A stretch of DNA of 64,000 bases, taken from Chlorokybus atmophyticus (lineage: Eukaryota; Plantae; Mesostigma and Chlorokybus algae). A model generated the notes under the pieces. That model did not search any database. It was not told where the DNA came from and saw nothing but the letters and a program-made list of their open reading frames with translations. The stretch is taken from the NCBI GenBank assembly GCA_009103225.1, contig RHPI01000193.1, forward strand, positions 678,650-742,649. The letters are read 5' to 3'. The position numbers were made by a program, and so were the translations under genes. Of this stretch, positions 37,073 through 53,627 are shown piece by piece (the stretch's first letter is position 1; every line of letters starts with the position of its first letter).

Positions 37073-37539
37073 ACCCCCAAGCTCCTGGGGAATGTATGTT
37101 TGCGCATGCAAGGAGCAGTTGCCGCGCACGTTTAGAGAGCCTCAATTTTTTGCCCACAGCCTTCAGCTGTGTCTACCATAGGAAGTGTAGTCGCCCAGTG
37201 TCACACTATGCTACACTAGTTAGTGCCGTTAGTGCTGCGCTAGGGTAAGCCCCTAGTTTGTGCATTCTAAACCTTGTTAGCACAGCTGGACTAGATAACT
37301 AGTTGCTGTTGCTTTGCATGCTGTGCAGCATGCAGTACTTTGATTGTTGGTGGTACTGCAATGCTGTTGATGTCTCAATCAATGCGGTCAACAACTTGGT
37401 AACCGAGTAGGGTAGTAGACATGCCATACAACACAAGTGCCGCAGCAAACAAACACTACTACCAGTAGGTAGATGCGCAGTGATTGTGCAGACAGTATTC
37501 ATCATATGCAAGCGTTGCAACGAAGTGTACGAACAATTA

Positions 37540-37690
37540 CTGTAAGCGTAGTAACTCTAAGTAGAGACAACTAACTCAAAAAGTTGGCATTAACACTGCT
37601 GGGGGAGAATCTTGTATACTGTAAGCGTAGTAACTTTGAGTAGAGACAACTGACTCGATTCAAAAGTTGGCAGTGTTACTGCTGGGCGAA
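37540..37690. repeat. Two imperfect 79-bp tandem copies downstream of PEPCK
   Basis: ctgtaagcgtagtaact...agtagagacaact...aaagttggca...ctgctggg begins at 37540 and 37619. Confidence 0.8.
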
Positions 37691-38361
37691 CTTTGTATGC
37701 TTTGCATCACTAGAAGTTTGTACTGGGTGAAGTGTGTGGCAAATTGAATTTCCTTGCAACCTCATGAAGCGCGCGTAGGTGTTTTGCATCATACCCTCTT
37801 CTGTACACTAACATGATAGTCACATCAACACTGTAATGTCGTGCAGATGCTGTCGCTGCCTGGTTGGTGATCCTTAGCCAATACACCTCGACAACTGTTG
37901 CTGATGCCCTGCCAGTGCTGTTGCAACAGCATCGCTCAGATAGTCAGTTTGCCCTGATTGTAGGCAATAAGCCAGCCACTTCGGCAAATGCCTTCCTCAC
38001 AATGTTGATAGCGCTGCATATCATCTGTCCACAGGCTTACGCAAGAAGAACACTCCAGCTCAAAACGCAAAAAAAAAGTGCAAGTTCTGTACCTGCTTGG
38101 CCAACACTGTACACGCAGCGTTGTGTTGTTGTTCCACATCTGACCTACACTGTACACGATCTATCATATCAACAAACGTACTCAAACACATTATGAAAAC
38201 ACGCTATCGTCGTCTCTCAACGAGCCGGTGTCCTCCACCGGTACAACGATAACAACGTCATCTTCACGCGCGCCAGGCAATTTGAACAACCGCCTGTGTC
38301 CAAAAGAAAACAACAGTCAGCACATACAACTGAAGACAATGGCTTTGCTCCACTGGTCCAC

Positions 38362-41221
38362 TTACTTGATGCTATCCCATGTTTCTGAACAATCGCTGTC
38401 TTCATAAATCTGCAGCGCTTTTTGCATCAGCGCCGGGGAACTGAGCTGCTTTATACGAGCCCTGCGTGAATTCATGTAAGTGCATGCACGTGCATGTGTT
38501 TGCATGCACGAGTGTGTCTGCGTGCGTGTGTGCGTGGGCGTGCGCACATGCAAGCACGAATGTGCGCATGCGTTCTTGTTCATGTGAGCTTATGACTGCG
38601 TATGCATGTGCGTGAGCGCGTGTGTGCACGTGTGAGCACAAACATGTAAGGTATATGTGCATGCATATGTGCGCATGGCTCTGTGTGCCCACACATGCGC
38701 ACATATGCATGCACATACACCTTACCATCAATGTCTCCTCATCCACCAAAGGTCCACTTACTCGTTGCTCGGGTGAGTGCTGAGGAAGTCCGGCATGTGG
38801 CCCCCGCCCGTCACTGCCCTCGACACCTTATCCAGCTTCACGAACACGTGCGGCGCCACGCGCGGGTCGTAACACGCCGCCGCCATCACTTGCACGCCGA
38901 TCGCGTCCGCCTCCAACTCGCACCTTACGGCAATCACCATGTAACGCATTGAGTGTAGGAAAGCCACTGTTATTGCCTTGAGCAACGGCAGAGTGTTGAG
39001 TGTCTACAATAGTGCGATACAGTGTAGCAAACTACATATAGCTTCTGCTAAAGTCTCTTCATACGATCGGTGTGTTTGAGAATGATACATGGCAACAACA
39101 GACTCAACTATACAAGGTAACAAGGGATGTGATTACGTGTGCGTCTCCGTTCTCCAAGTACAGTGCATTGAACTATTACATAGCACACTCTAGCATGCTG
39201 TTGGACGGCATGATACAATTGTGCATGGCAGCAAAGGGCTTACTGGCGTGAGAAGCGGAGTGAGCCAATGACGCCGAGCGTGTAGAGGTCAATGCCAAAC
39301 ACGACCCATATGAGCATGGAGAGGCCCGTTAGAAGGATCCGCCACGAGGCGATCTCCACGTTGTGCCGCGCGATCACATGGGCCACCTGGAGTATGACAT
39401 AGGGGCATTGATGTGATATACTTGTTGTGCTTGTGCTAACATTAACGCAAGTGCAATCCCCTCTTCCCCCCCCCCCCTCTCACTCTCACTGTGTCTCAAC
39501 CGTGCCTTGCCTCGTGTGACATGATTGTCGCCAGCTCGTCATCCTCGGGAAAAACTTTGATCAGGCCGGTGAAGCAGCAGATCTGCGTTGCACACGTTCA
39601 TGTATTTGTGAGTGCGCGCGTGCGCGGACGCATGCGACGTAGAACCAATCAAGCTAGCCGGAAAAAAACAGTTCGCTGACATACCTTTCCACCAGGCAGG
39701 GCGAATGCGTTGATGACCGGCGAGTCCACAACAACAAATTCCCACTCCTGACACACCACTACATAACATCAACACACGCGTGCGTGCGCACGTGAGACAT
39801 ATGGCCGTGTGTACACATACCAGATTGCGCATGTGTGGCGGTACGGGCACATCACCCGCCCCCTTGCCTGTAGTGGCGGCCTGCGTGTAATGACATGAGA
39901 TGGGTGCTAGCAGCAATGATGTCGCTCGCTCACCCACATTATGACCCACCTTGGCTATGCGGGTCCCTATCACCGCCACACGCTTCGTCCACGGGTGTCC
40001 CGCCGGCAACAACGGCCCCATCTTGCCCGATTTGACCTGCACAAAACCCAACACTTGTCACACATCCCACCTCGCTCACACTTGCGTGCATATACTCACA
40101 CGCACGCACATACGCTCGTGCAAGTGCATGCGTCCACACGTACACACACACGCACATACGCACGCAAGCATGCCCACCTACCCAACCACCCACAAACACG
40201 CGCACGCAAGCACGTGCGTACGCATACACACAAGGTCACGTACCCACGCACGCATGCACGCAGAGACGCACATTCTCTTTCACTCGCACACACTCCCACA
40301 CTCACATTCATCTCCCACTCGTGCTGCGCCAGCTTGACGTCCGTCTCCGGTCTGAACGCGACGAAGTGCTTGCGTCCCGTGTACGGCACGGGCTCCAGGT
40401 GCGTGTAGTAGTAGATGCCGCTGCCGGTCACGACCACACCGAGGGTGATCAACGTGCGACGCATGCGCTCATCGCCCTGCAGACAGTAGTAGTGAGTTAC
40501 TGCATGCTTGTACTTCTACACGTATGCTTTGCATACATGCAGATCCTACTTGCGTATACCAAGATGCGTATGCGCATTCTAATCAGCAAACATACATGTA
40601 TATTTCTGTATACAGCGTGCATAAGCTGCCTTGTACCAAGTGGCTCACAAGCGAGCTAAGTGAATGACTTGTATGAACATCGGAAGCTTCTTGCAACGTG
40701 TAGCTGCTATACTGTTTACGTGTTCTTGCATGGAGCGCATGCATACTCTTGCATGCGATCCATGCAAGAGTATGCATGCATGCATTCGCTTGCATGCATC
40801 GCATGCAACGCTGTGGGATTTTACTATACAACAACCGACACACACTCACGCCGGAGCCTTTACTGAAGTGTGTGTATCCTCTAGCGTCGGTATATTTACG
40901 CCTGATCTGGCTGCCAGGAACCCAGTTGGCGCCAGGCCAGAAGTGTCGGCGCAGCCTGACCGTGCCTCCCACCAGGCCGAAGTCCGTGCCATACTGCTCC
41001 CTCAGCACCGCCCTGACGGTGTTCTTGGGGTGGACAAGGGAGGTCAACACCTGGCAACGCCTAACGGAGGCGGCAGCGGCGGCAGCGGCGGCGGAGGAGG
41101 AGGAGAGGTGGTTGGCGGCGCCTGCCTGCGATGCCTCTGTGCCAAATACCCGCCGCAAGCTGGCGCTAGAGGCAAAGTTTGAGACCAGCTGGCCGAGACG
41201 CCCGCGGGCCGGCGCCGCCAT
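38362..41221 (-). CDS. OMA1: Mitochondrial OMA1-like metalloendopeptidase (peptidase M48)
   Basis: R/S/A-rich presequence; TM followed by HLEPVPYTGRKHF; EWEFVVVDSPVINAFALPGGK; FTGLI...DELATIMSHE|VAHVIARH (HExxH split by an intron); FSRQ..ELEADAIG; FLSTHPS. Confidence 0.92.
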
Positions 41222-41546
41222 GATGCTGGGCCGGCCTGGCCTGGCCTGGCGTTAACGCCCAGGCTAGAGTCTGGCCTGGGTGCCTTTCAGTCCAAAAATG
41301 CAGTAAACAAGAAAGAGGGTCACCGCATCCCAGCGCTAACAAAATATAATATATAACTTACCACCGTTAAGCCACGCTGGTTCCATGATCTAGTGGTTAT
41401 GATGTCAGACTCTGAATCTGAATGCCCGAGTTCAAACCTCGGTGGAACCTTGGAGATCATGCCCTCAAGATGAGGGTGCACACCTGATGCGGCTTTTGCT
41501 CTTGATGCTGGCAAGCCTTTACTTATTTCTTAGCACATTGTCCGCA

Positions 41547-42205
41547 CGTTGGGTGGCAACTTGCTTCTCGGCTTTCGGTTCACATTATCCAGAGCACATT
41601 ATGAACGACAATGTTATGCCAACATGGCAGTGTCAAGTGCTTGTCAAGTTAACCAAAAAAGCACAAACAACACGTGCTACAATAAGCCGTAATTGATAAA
41701 TGTTGATAAATGACGCAATTTCCTAACCACCTGTATAGCGTGGATCTGAGGCATTATCACTTGAGATATTGACTTTTATCTATTACAATTAACATGCTTT
41801 ATGATGTATGCAAGACAATGGCCACAACATCATATTATGATGCCGTGTGAATGCTAAGCAAAACCCACATGTTTATTGGGTTCGTTGGGTGGCAACTTGC
41901 TTCTCGGCTTGCAATTCACATTATTCAAAGCACATTATGAATGACAATGTTATACCAACATGGCAATGTCAAGTGCTTGTCAAGTCAACCAAAAAAACAC
42001 AAGCAACACGTGCCACATGATAAGCCGTATTATAAATGTTAGCAAATGGCGAGCAATTTCATAACCACTTGTATAGCGTGGATTTGCGGCATAATGAATT
42101 GAATCTATTACGATGACCATGCTTTATAATGTATACAAGACAATAGCCACAATGACATCATATCATGATGCCGTGTAAATGCTGAGCAAAACCCATATGT
42201 TCATT
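41547..42205. repeat. Two ~336-bp tandem copies upstream of OMA1
   Basis: cgttgggtggcaacttgcttctcggc starts at 41547 and 41883; similarity continues along the whole unit. Confidence 0.85.
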
Positions 42206-42364
42206 ATAACATTATTTTGTATTATGTTGTGTTGCAAGTTTGCTTCCATGCATGATTGTGACATGATGTGCACTACATCATGTACAAAAATGCATGGAAG
42301 CAAACTTGCAACACAACATAATGTTATAATGAACATATGGGTTTTGCTCAGCATTTACACGGCA
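42169..42364. repeat. Long near-perfect inverted repeat (fold-back)
   Basis: tgccgtgtaaatgctgagcaaaacccatatgttcattataacattat...gttgtgttgcaagtttgcttccatgcat pairs with atgcatggaagcaaacttgcaacacaacataatgttataatgaacatatgggttttgctcagcatttacacggca. Confidence 0.9.
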
Positions 42365-43084
42365 CGGTGTGCACTACATCATGTACAAAAATGCCTTGCT
42401 GTCCATGCTAGTGAGTGCTTGCATGCGTACTTGCATGCTCCGGCCCATATAAAAAGCCTATATACACAACGCTGTAGGGTAATTACATATCCCCCTTGTA
42501 TAGATGAATGTTTTCGTGCATTCCCCAACGTTGCTAATCAAGCTGTACTGATGTCGAGAGCATCCGTTGAGTACAACACACGCATATATCGCATTACGCT
42601 TGAGTTATAATGCAGTGGAGAGCGATGTCTAGAGGGCCCGACTCTGCGCAGTTGCAACCACCTTAAAATGTGCAATGCTTGTGTTAACAAGGATTTCACT
42701 ATGCCTTGGTAGGATTGAATATGCTGGTAGTGACACATCTGACGATGACATCACCAATATACCTGGCCTCTTGAGTAATTGTGCTCGCTGATGCGGTGGG
42801 TATGTGCTTCTGAATGACTAGCTTGGCCTCATTGCATAACAAGAGCTCCACCAACTGACATGCACAAGTGCAGTGGTTACGCAAAACCACTTTTGCAAAT
42901 GACACAGTGCAAGAATTCTGGATGCAGCCTGCGGCATGTTACAATCACCATGTAGTGACCTGACTTCCTAAGTAATGCCAGAGGGTTGCAACTGGACAAA
43001 CAGTCTGTACATCAACCAATATGGTTACAGCAGTGTACTGCCACATGTCATGCTTACATATATATTCAGCTCAAACGCACTTCA

Positions 43085-45643
43085 TCAGTTTGACACCATC
43101 GTCTCCGTCTGCTTGGTGAATGTATCGCCCGACCAGTCCTTGTCGTTGGCCAGACCAACGCGGTTCTTCCGCTTCTCGTCGATGGCCTTGCGTTGGCGCG
43201 CTACGAGATCCGTGTGCGTTGTAAAGTAGGGCAATGAAGTCCCACGGAAGGCGTCAAGCGAGTCAAAACCATGATGTTGCATGAATGCCTGTACCGAAGG
43301 TGAGGGTGAGCAGCATGTGCATTGCATGAGCGACAATGATGCGTGTGCTAGTAATGTGCATGTGATACATTGCAGCATCGTACCTGAAGGCCACCACAAA
43401 GACGCTTTACAAGAGGGTAACCGTGCATCATGACACCTGTACACACCTGTTGAAGGACACACGAACAGTATTAAACCGAGATTGTTGCCATGACACCACA
43501 CTGAAAGAGCGACGCTTTAGTGAACAACTTGCTACCTGCACTGTGTGTGATCCCAACAATATGAACTCAGCTGCATGCCCGCCAGTCTCTACACCGCCAA
43601 TGCCAGACACAGACCGCCCTTCACCAGGATAACTATCCTCAATCATGCGGGATATGGCCATCACCCGGGCCAGAGCTATCGGTCGAACAGCTTTGCTCGA
43701 GTAACCACCCGGCGTGCTGTATCCTTCTACTGAGGGCTCGGGCCTCAGCGTATCTATAAAAAGAAGCCACAGATAGAGTCAGGTGGCTTTGTGTCTAACA
43801 TAGCAATCATGTAAATGTCAGTATTTAGCAGTCTCTATCAGTTCTTACCAAGGTTGATGCCCATGACACTTGTGATTGTGTTAATGGCAGACACGCCTTC
43901 GCAGCCCGCCTGTTAAGGTTTGTGTAAGCAACCACGTCAAGCGCCTATTGGCATGCCAGCACGAGCATTTGACTCACAACACAACACAACCAGCGCATAC
44001 CCTCAAGGCCGATTTTGCTGGCAGGGTTATATCTGTGACGTTGGGCGTCATTTTTGCCCAGACAGGGACTGTGGCAACATTATTGATCCAACCACAAACT
44101 TCCTCAAGGAGATCACAGTCTTGCCCCATTGCCATACCCATGCGTCGTTCAGGCATCCCTGCATCGCACAGGGCAGTTCATGCATGTAGGATACATGCGT
44201 ACAGGGAAAAAACACTCAACAGGAAGCAGAGCCAACATGTACCATGTGGACATGAGAAGTTGATTTCAAAGGCATCTATGCCAGTCTCCTCGCAGCGGCC
44301 GATCAGCTCCTCCCAAGCATTGCGGTTGTACTCCTCCATGATGCTCGCAATCAGGATGCGATCTGGGTACTCCTCCTTCAACTGCCTAGCGCAGACAAGC
44401 GTACACATTATGTGTGATGCGTGCATCATGCACACATGATGCACGCATCACCCTTGTACTTGAATCCAGGGTGTCTGTGGTTTGTGCCTCACAACCACAT
44501 ACCGAAATTCGCTAAGCATGGTTTCCAACGGTCGATCGCTTATGAGCTCAATGTTCTCCCAGCCTATAACCTGCAAACCAAAAACATTTCCTGAAAACAA
44601 TGCCGCTACAGTTTCTTGACAAATCTGTTGTGAAACCAACTTCTTCATGACATTATATCAACAACATCTGCAAAAACATCTACCTCGCGCGAGTTGTTGC
44701 TGGCTTTGAGGCGTGCGTAGCGTGGAGTGACATTCACCACCTTTGATGAATCCAGACTCACTGTCTTCGCAATGACCGCACCCCACCCCTCATCAAAGGC
44801 CTTTTTCATCACCACTCGGTTCGTGCCTGCATGGCATACACAAAGTAAGTTGCCCTGTGATGATGTTCGCAATGAGAATACAGTTGACATGAATTAAAGA
44901 TGAGTAGGTGTAAAGCAGTCTGGCCCCTTCGCAAACTTCAGACCTTACTTGCTTACTTCTTGCTTCTATGACAGAAACTGACACAGCATGCAAACTCAAC
45001 ACTCAGAGCACATGCCTTGTAACAGATTGTCGCACGCACACATGCGCGCGCACATGAATGCACACACCGGGACGCTCGACGCCGATACCATACATAATGC
45101 TAACCACATTTTGGTACATGCGGATGCAATTCAGCGCAATGTAAGCCTATCGACAACAAAACAAAGCAACGCATGTGTGCCGAGTTGTATGCTTCAATCA
45201 CAGCTTAACGAACGAAAGGAGTACGTGACAATTGTACATAAGACATACCAGATCGCACACAGTGCAGCTAAGTTTGTGGGCTGCATTGCATACACACTGC
45301 GCCATATAGGACCAGCAGCTTTGTCAAGCAGGCACAAGCACTGACCAGGGGGACCAGATCCAATGACGAAGGGGTTGGGGAGGCGGAGGCCATTAACAGT
45401 GACGCTGAGGTCCGGTCCCGAAGCCGCCTTGCCATTAACAAGATCCGCCTCCGCCGCATTGTATCCAACGCCGTCCTCGCCGTCGCCGGACCCCAGCGCA
45501 GCGATAACACCTCTCCTCTGGCTCACTCCTCCGCCGCCACCTCGCCGCAAATTCAGCCTGCTGCTCCTACTCCTCCTACCCCTCCCCAGCTCACACCCCA
45601 CCACCGACCCCGCCAACGACACCGCCGCCGACGCTGTCGCCAT
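43085..45643 (-). CDS. PYD1: Dihydropyrimidine dehydrogenase, plastid-targeted plant type
   Basis: Transit peptide MATASAAVSLAGS...; PDLSVTVNGLRLPNPFVIGSGPPGTN; KKAFDEGWGAVIAKTVSL; IGWENIELISDRP; ILIASIMEEY; EINFSCPHG; SVSGIGGVETGGHAAEFILLG; FRGTSLPYFTTH. Confidence 0.96.
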
Positions 45644-46334
45644 CGCCGCTGACAACCACCGCAATGCTGACTTTACACTTTGCACACGTTGGCGTCAGCC
45701 TAACAAACTTTGCAATTTAGCAATGCCGACATCTTCGCACGCTAGCTTCTATGTCTTGGTTGGCGCAGATATCTCTGCTTGCTGACTGCCTCTGTTGGAT
45801 CTCAGGTTGAGTCTTAACTTGGTTGTCACACTGATCGGAGGGTTACGGTGGGTTTTTTGTGAGTTCTGGCCGTTGGATTGACTGTGTCTGACGCTAACAT
45901 CAGTTAGTGCTAGCCAAGTGCAGCCAACAGGCAGGCTGCAAGCTTGGCGGAGGAGGTGGAGGAGAAGGAGGACAAGGAGGAGGTGGACGAGGAGGAGGGG
46001 CGTTTGGTTTCTTGCGCTGTGCATTCAGGGCTTGTTTCACGGCATGGCAGTAGCTTAGGCTGCATAGCCTGATCTGCTTGTACGACTACTGTCTAGCATC
46101 GCACCTTGAAGTTGGTTGTGGCCTGGTGTGCTGCTGGCTTAGTGTGGTCTGGTCTGGTGTTGGCCTGATATCAGTGGCTACTGGTGAAGCCATTCCCGCC
46201 GCCGTTGCTCCTATGCGCATGCGTTGGGTTGACAGCATGTGAGGGGCAGGCTGCCTTGGTTGTGATCTTAGAGGCTGCTTAGAGGACGAGAGAACAGTTT
46301 GGGGTTGAGCTTGAGTTCAGCTAGGGTTTTGGCC

Positions 46335-48689
<2,355 letters not shown>

Positions 48690-49373
48690 CCAAGTCCGCA
48701 TGATTGGAGGCTCTATTTACCCTTGTATAGTTTTGCTGGTTGCTTGTGCATCGCTTCTTGCATTCCCTACTTTGTGTACAATAGTGTGTTTGTGCTGTGC
48801 TGCAGCTGGCAGCTTTAAAAGTGCGGCGATTTGGCTTTAAAATGTCAGATTGCCTTACCGTTGGCTATGTTGACATGTTGATTAACCGCTGCAGCTATGA
48901 TGGTGATTCGTGTTAATGCAGCGCAGTTGCTTTGACCAACTTGGAATGTCACTTGAGGCCATCAACCACTGTAATTGATACAGAATATTCTCTACTGTCA
49001 GTGAGTTGGCTTCCAGAAGAACCAGCCGAGATCATTGTACACCAAAGGGCAGTCGCAAGACTATGCAATTGCACTGCGCGTAGTGGGAAAGGCACAGCAT
49101 ATCGACCTCATCACGCAACATCATAAGTGAAGCCGTCCACCAGCTACATGCTTACGACAGGTACCACCACTGCATCCAGCAGGCATTGACAACTGCTAGC
49201 ACATGCGTGTGCATGTGTCTTGGATCAGCAAAACACTGCATCAACTGTAGTGTCCGGAAAGAAGTATCTGGCATTGCTGGCAGCCAACTGGAATGACACT
49301 AGCCATGTACACCAACAAAGATGCATACAATAACTAAAGATGTACAACGGATACAATCACCATAAGAGCGTGC

Positions 49374-51690
49374 CTAACTTAGGCACGTTGAACCTAAGGT
49401 AATAATAATAAATGTGGTACTACCACTCAGTGAGGGCGATGGCGGATGACGCGAATGGTGCCAGCAATATCTGCCGGTGCCTCCGAACACCAACAGCAGC
49501 AGCGCTAGGAACAGGGGCATAAGACACCATACAGCTCCCACCTTGTCTTTGTCCCAGCGGAGACGCTTTGCCTTGATAGCGACCTGCATGAGCACGCATT
49601 CACATGACAAACATACGTGTGTGCATGCATGCAGTTGTGCTGACTTAGAACTGCAAGAGAGATAGAGAACCCATGATGGAGATAATGCCAGCAAGTGTGA
49701 TATTACCAGCAAGGCGCACGGGAGGGATATAATGTGCAGGCCAAGCAGGGCTGCCGCGACAATGATGGCCTTCTTGGGCTCATGTAACTGCCAAACCACA
49801 ACAAGTCTAGTGTCAAGTACATAACACACGGCGGATGAGTTGGGGCATGCATCTGTGCGGGTGCGTGCGAGCGCGTGTGTGTCTGCACATGTGCATGGTA
49901 CGCAATCCTCACATGCATGCTGCTTACCGATGACCAGCATCTGAAAAGCTGTCCAGCTACAGTGAACATCCCACCCTCCCACACAGTGAAGAGCAAGGCC
50001 AGTATGCAAAAACCTTTGAGGCTGCATTGGGGGCATACTTATTTCCGTCAAGGGATGCGATACTGCGAGACGGGCGTGCCATTACTCGCACACATACGCA
50101 CATGCATGTGAGCGTGCACGCACAGATGCACACACCAACACTCACACCACAACCATTACCGTTGTGCTATGGTAGAAGAAAATGGGTGAGCAATGTTGTT
50201 GTTCGCGCCTGCCGCGTTGGCGTTGGCGTTGGCGTTGGCGTTGACATTAAGGTGGGTGGCTTCTGGGGCAAAGAGGATTATATCGGCTGCGCGGATGTTG
50301 GCAACCATCTGCCCACATATCTCGCACTTGAGTGTTTTGCGCTTGGCGAGCCAGCCCAGCGCGCACACATAGTGCGCAACCGCCATGCCGCCACGGCAAC
50401 CGCACCTGCATGCGCATGTGCCACATAACATGTGCTCCGGCGCATGTGCGTGTAGACATGTGTGCGTGCATGTGCGCTTGCAAAAGGGAAAAAGGGACAC
50501 ATGTGTGCACTTGCGCCCTGGAGTGCACACTCCAAAGCTGCGTGTACATGTGCTGCAAGCAGGCCCACTTACAAGCACACGGAGAACAGATACAGATACA
50601 GATACAGATACAGATACAGATACACAACGGATGCGCTCACCAGTGGGCATATGCACATACACATACACGTACACACATACACGCACGCACACACTGCTTA
50701 CCTCAGCAGCGTCGGGCTTGTAGCGCATTCGCCCGCTGGCTTGGCGCAGTGCGGCCCACACGCCATGAAGTGACGCAGGTCGAGACCTTCCTCCTGTGTG
50801 TGTGAATGTCGTGTACAAATGACCTTGGCCACTAGCACAACAACAACCACAACAACACTCCCACGCACCTGCAGGGACAGTATTGCTGCGTGCGGCATCA
50901 GCGAGGCGGGTTCGCACCCTTCAAGGTCAGCACTAAGGCATATGCGGCAAGGGAGGAGACAGGCCTGCACGGTGTTGTTGTTGTTGTGTCTCAAAGCTCA
51001 ACGCTTTGAGCATGCAGTTCCTTAGCATGCAGCTGAACAAGTTGCAGTCAGCATGTACCGATTCATGTCACGTGAAGCTTGCAACCCATGACACTAGACT
51101 GGGGTGCATGTACCAGTAGTGTGTTTGCTTTGCCATTTGGTACCAACCTTGACTGACAGTCGTGTGGTAATAACAGTCCCCAACTTGGGAGAGTGTTATG
51201 ACCACAAATACACACACACAAAACGGCTGATGCAGCCACATGACAGTGGAGGCATATTCAGCAAGGCATAAATTGCACAATGCAGTACCTTGAATGCATT
51301 ATCTGCTGCTACGGTTGTGCCTGCGGGCATGTGAACGTGTTTGTGCAATTACGCAGCTATGCACATATGCATAGCCACCTTGTTGACTTTGCTCTGCGCA
51401 GAGTCTTGGCCCTCCTCGATGCCCTCCTCTTTGCCGCTAGGAGCGGCAGCGGCGGCGGCCGCGGCGGCCTGGCCTTCATAAGTGTTGTTGTTGTTGTTGT
51501 TGTTGTCAATGATGGCAAACTGGCAAGCTGCAGGCCCCTGGGGGCAGACGGCGCTGCTGAGGGGGTCGTCGTCCTGCGTTGGCAGCATGTCGATGTGGTC
51601 GTAGTTGTTTGTGTCGCTGTGGTTGGCATTGTTGTTGTCAATGACAACAACCCTGTTGCTGCACCCCTCCGCCACTTCATCCTTGCCCAT
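49374..51690 (-). pseudogene. RING-CH (MARCH-like) membrane E3 ligase copy 1; RING intact, TM region apparently disrupted
   Basis: CRIC...CGCRGGMAVAHYVCALGW...CEIC. Spliced as in copy 2, exon 5 has in-frame TGA (50048-50050) and TAA, and exon 6 has a +2 indel. An alternative splicing pattern could rescue it. Confidence 0.6.
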
Positions 51691-51708
51691 TATGATGTAA
51701 AGCACAAT

Positions 51709-52276
<568 letters not shown>

Positions 52277-53627
52277 ATCTGAGTCAGAGCTTTGCGGCGT
52301 GCTCCTTTGTTATTGGTCTGGCGGAGGAAGAATCTCTTTCTGTCCGTGCACTTATTCCGGTATCAAAGAGATTCATACTAGGAGAAAGCGGAACCTCTCT
52401 CTGATACAAGCACCCGCATGAAGATTCTTGTACATTCTGCTTGCCATGCATGAAGAATGGTACTTTTCTAAACAAAGGTAGTTGAACATAATGAAGGCAC
52501 CAGCAATTACACCAAAATACGATGACAGTGGGAAACCATGTGTATACGACCGATATATTGATATGGAAAACTATACATATAAATGATAATAATAAGCATG
52601 CAATTAAGTCATCTAACATTCATGCTATCATTAATACTGACTGAAACGCATCAGAGCCAACGCATAAAAGCTTTACCTCAAGTGTGTCATGACATTATCG
52701 TTTAAACACAAATACTTGCATGCAAATGAAACATTTGTAATCACTCATGCTGAGTGTGCATTCTTGCACGTCCAATGGTGTGATAGTGGTGGTGGTGGCT
52801 TATGTCATAAGAGGTGAGCCCGATAGTCAAGATGATTGTTGCTGCATGTATTACTATTGTGTATGCAATTGCCCATCTTATTTACCATATAACCATTCAT
52901 CCCAAACTCGCATGTGCACAAAAGGTAGCAGTGTTGCGGGTTGCGTGCCGTGCAACATGTACTTAATATGTTATAAGTTATGATGGGTTGGAAGGGGGTA
53001 CACAAACAATGCAATGCCATTATTAACAGCAAGCAAGCAGCAAACAGAATGCACTCGCACTCAACACCAAGCAAGCATACTTGCACGCCTGTACTGCAGG
53101 ATTGTGTCATACATGGTTATTGCCCCAATGCAACCTTAATGCTCTTGTCGCGCCTGCCGGCCTCATGCCACCATGGTCACAAGGTACGCGACTTTTAGAC
53201 CAATAGTACGCGTTTGGACGCGTACAGAGACCCCGCGTACCTAATACGCAGTCTGTACGCAGTCTGTACGCCAGTGTAACTGGGTTACGCTCCAGTTACG
53301 CTGAGATACAGCTTAGCACTGTATCTCAACCGTAACTGGTCAGTCTAGTGTAACTAGGCGGCGGTGCAGGCAACATAGTTGGCGGCAGCGGCGGCGTTAG
53401 CGGCGGCAGGCAGGTGGGAACGGCGCTCCTTTAGCTGCAAGCTTCATCTCTCAAGCTACTGTAGCTGCGCCTGATAGCCATTAGCTACAAGGTGTGTGCG
53501 TGGGTATGCACTGGTTGCCTGCATGCTTGGCTATGCGCCCATCATACATCATGCAGCCTGCAAGTCATACCATCAACGTGCTATATGTGATTTGCATGTG
53601 TTCATAATAGTGTTTGTTTATGTTAGA

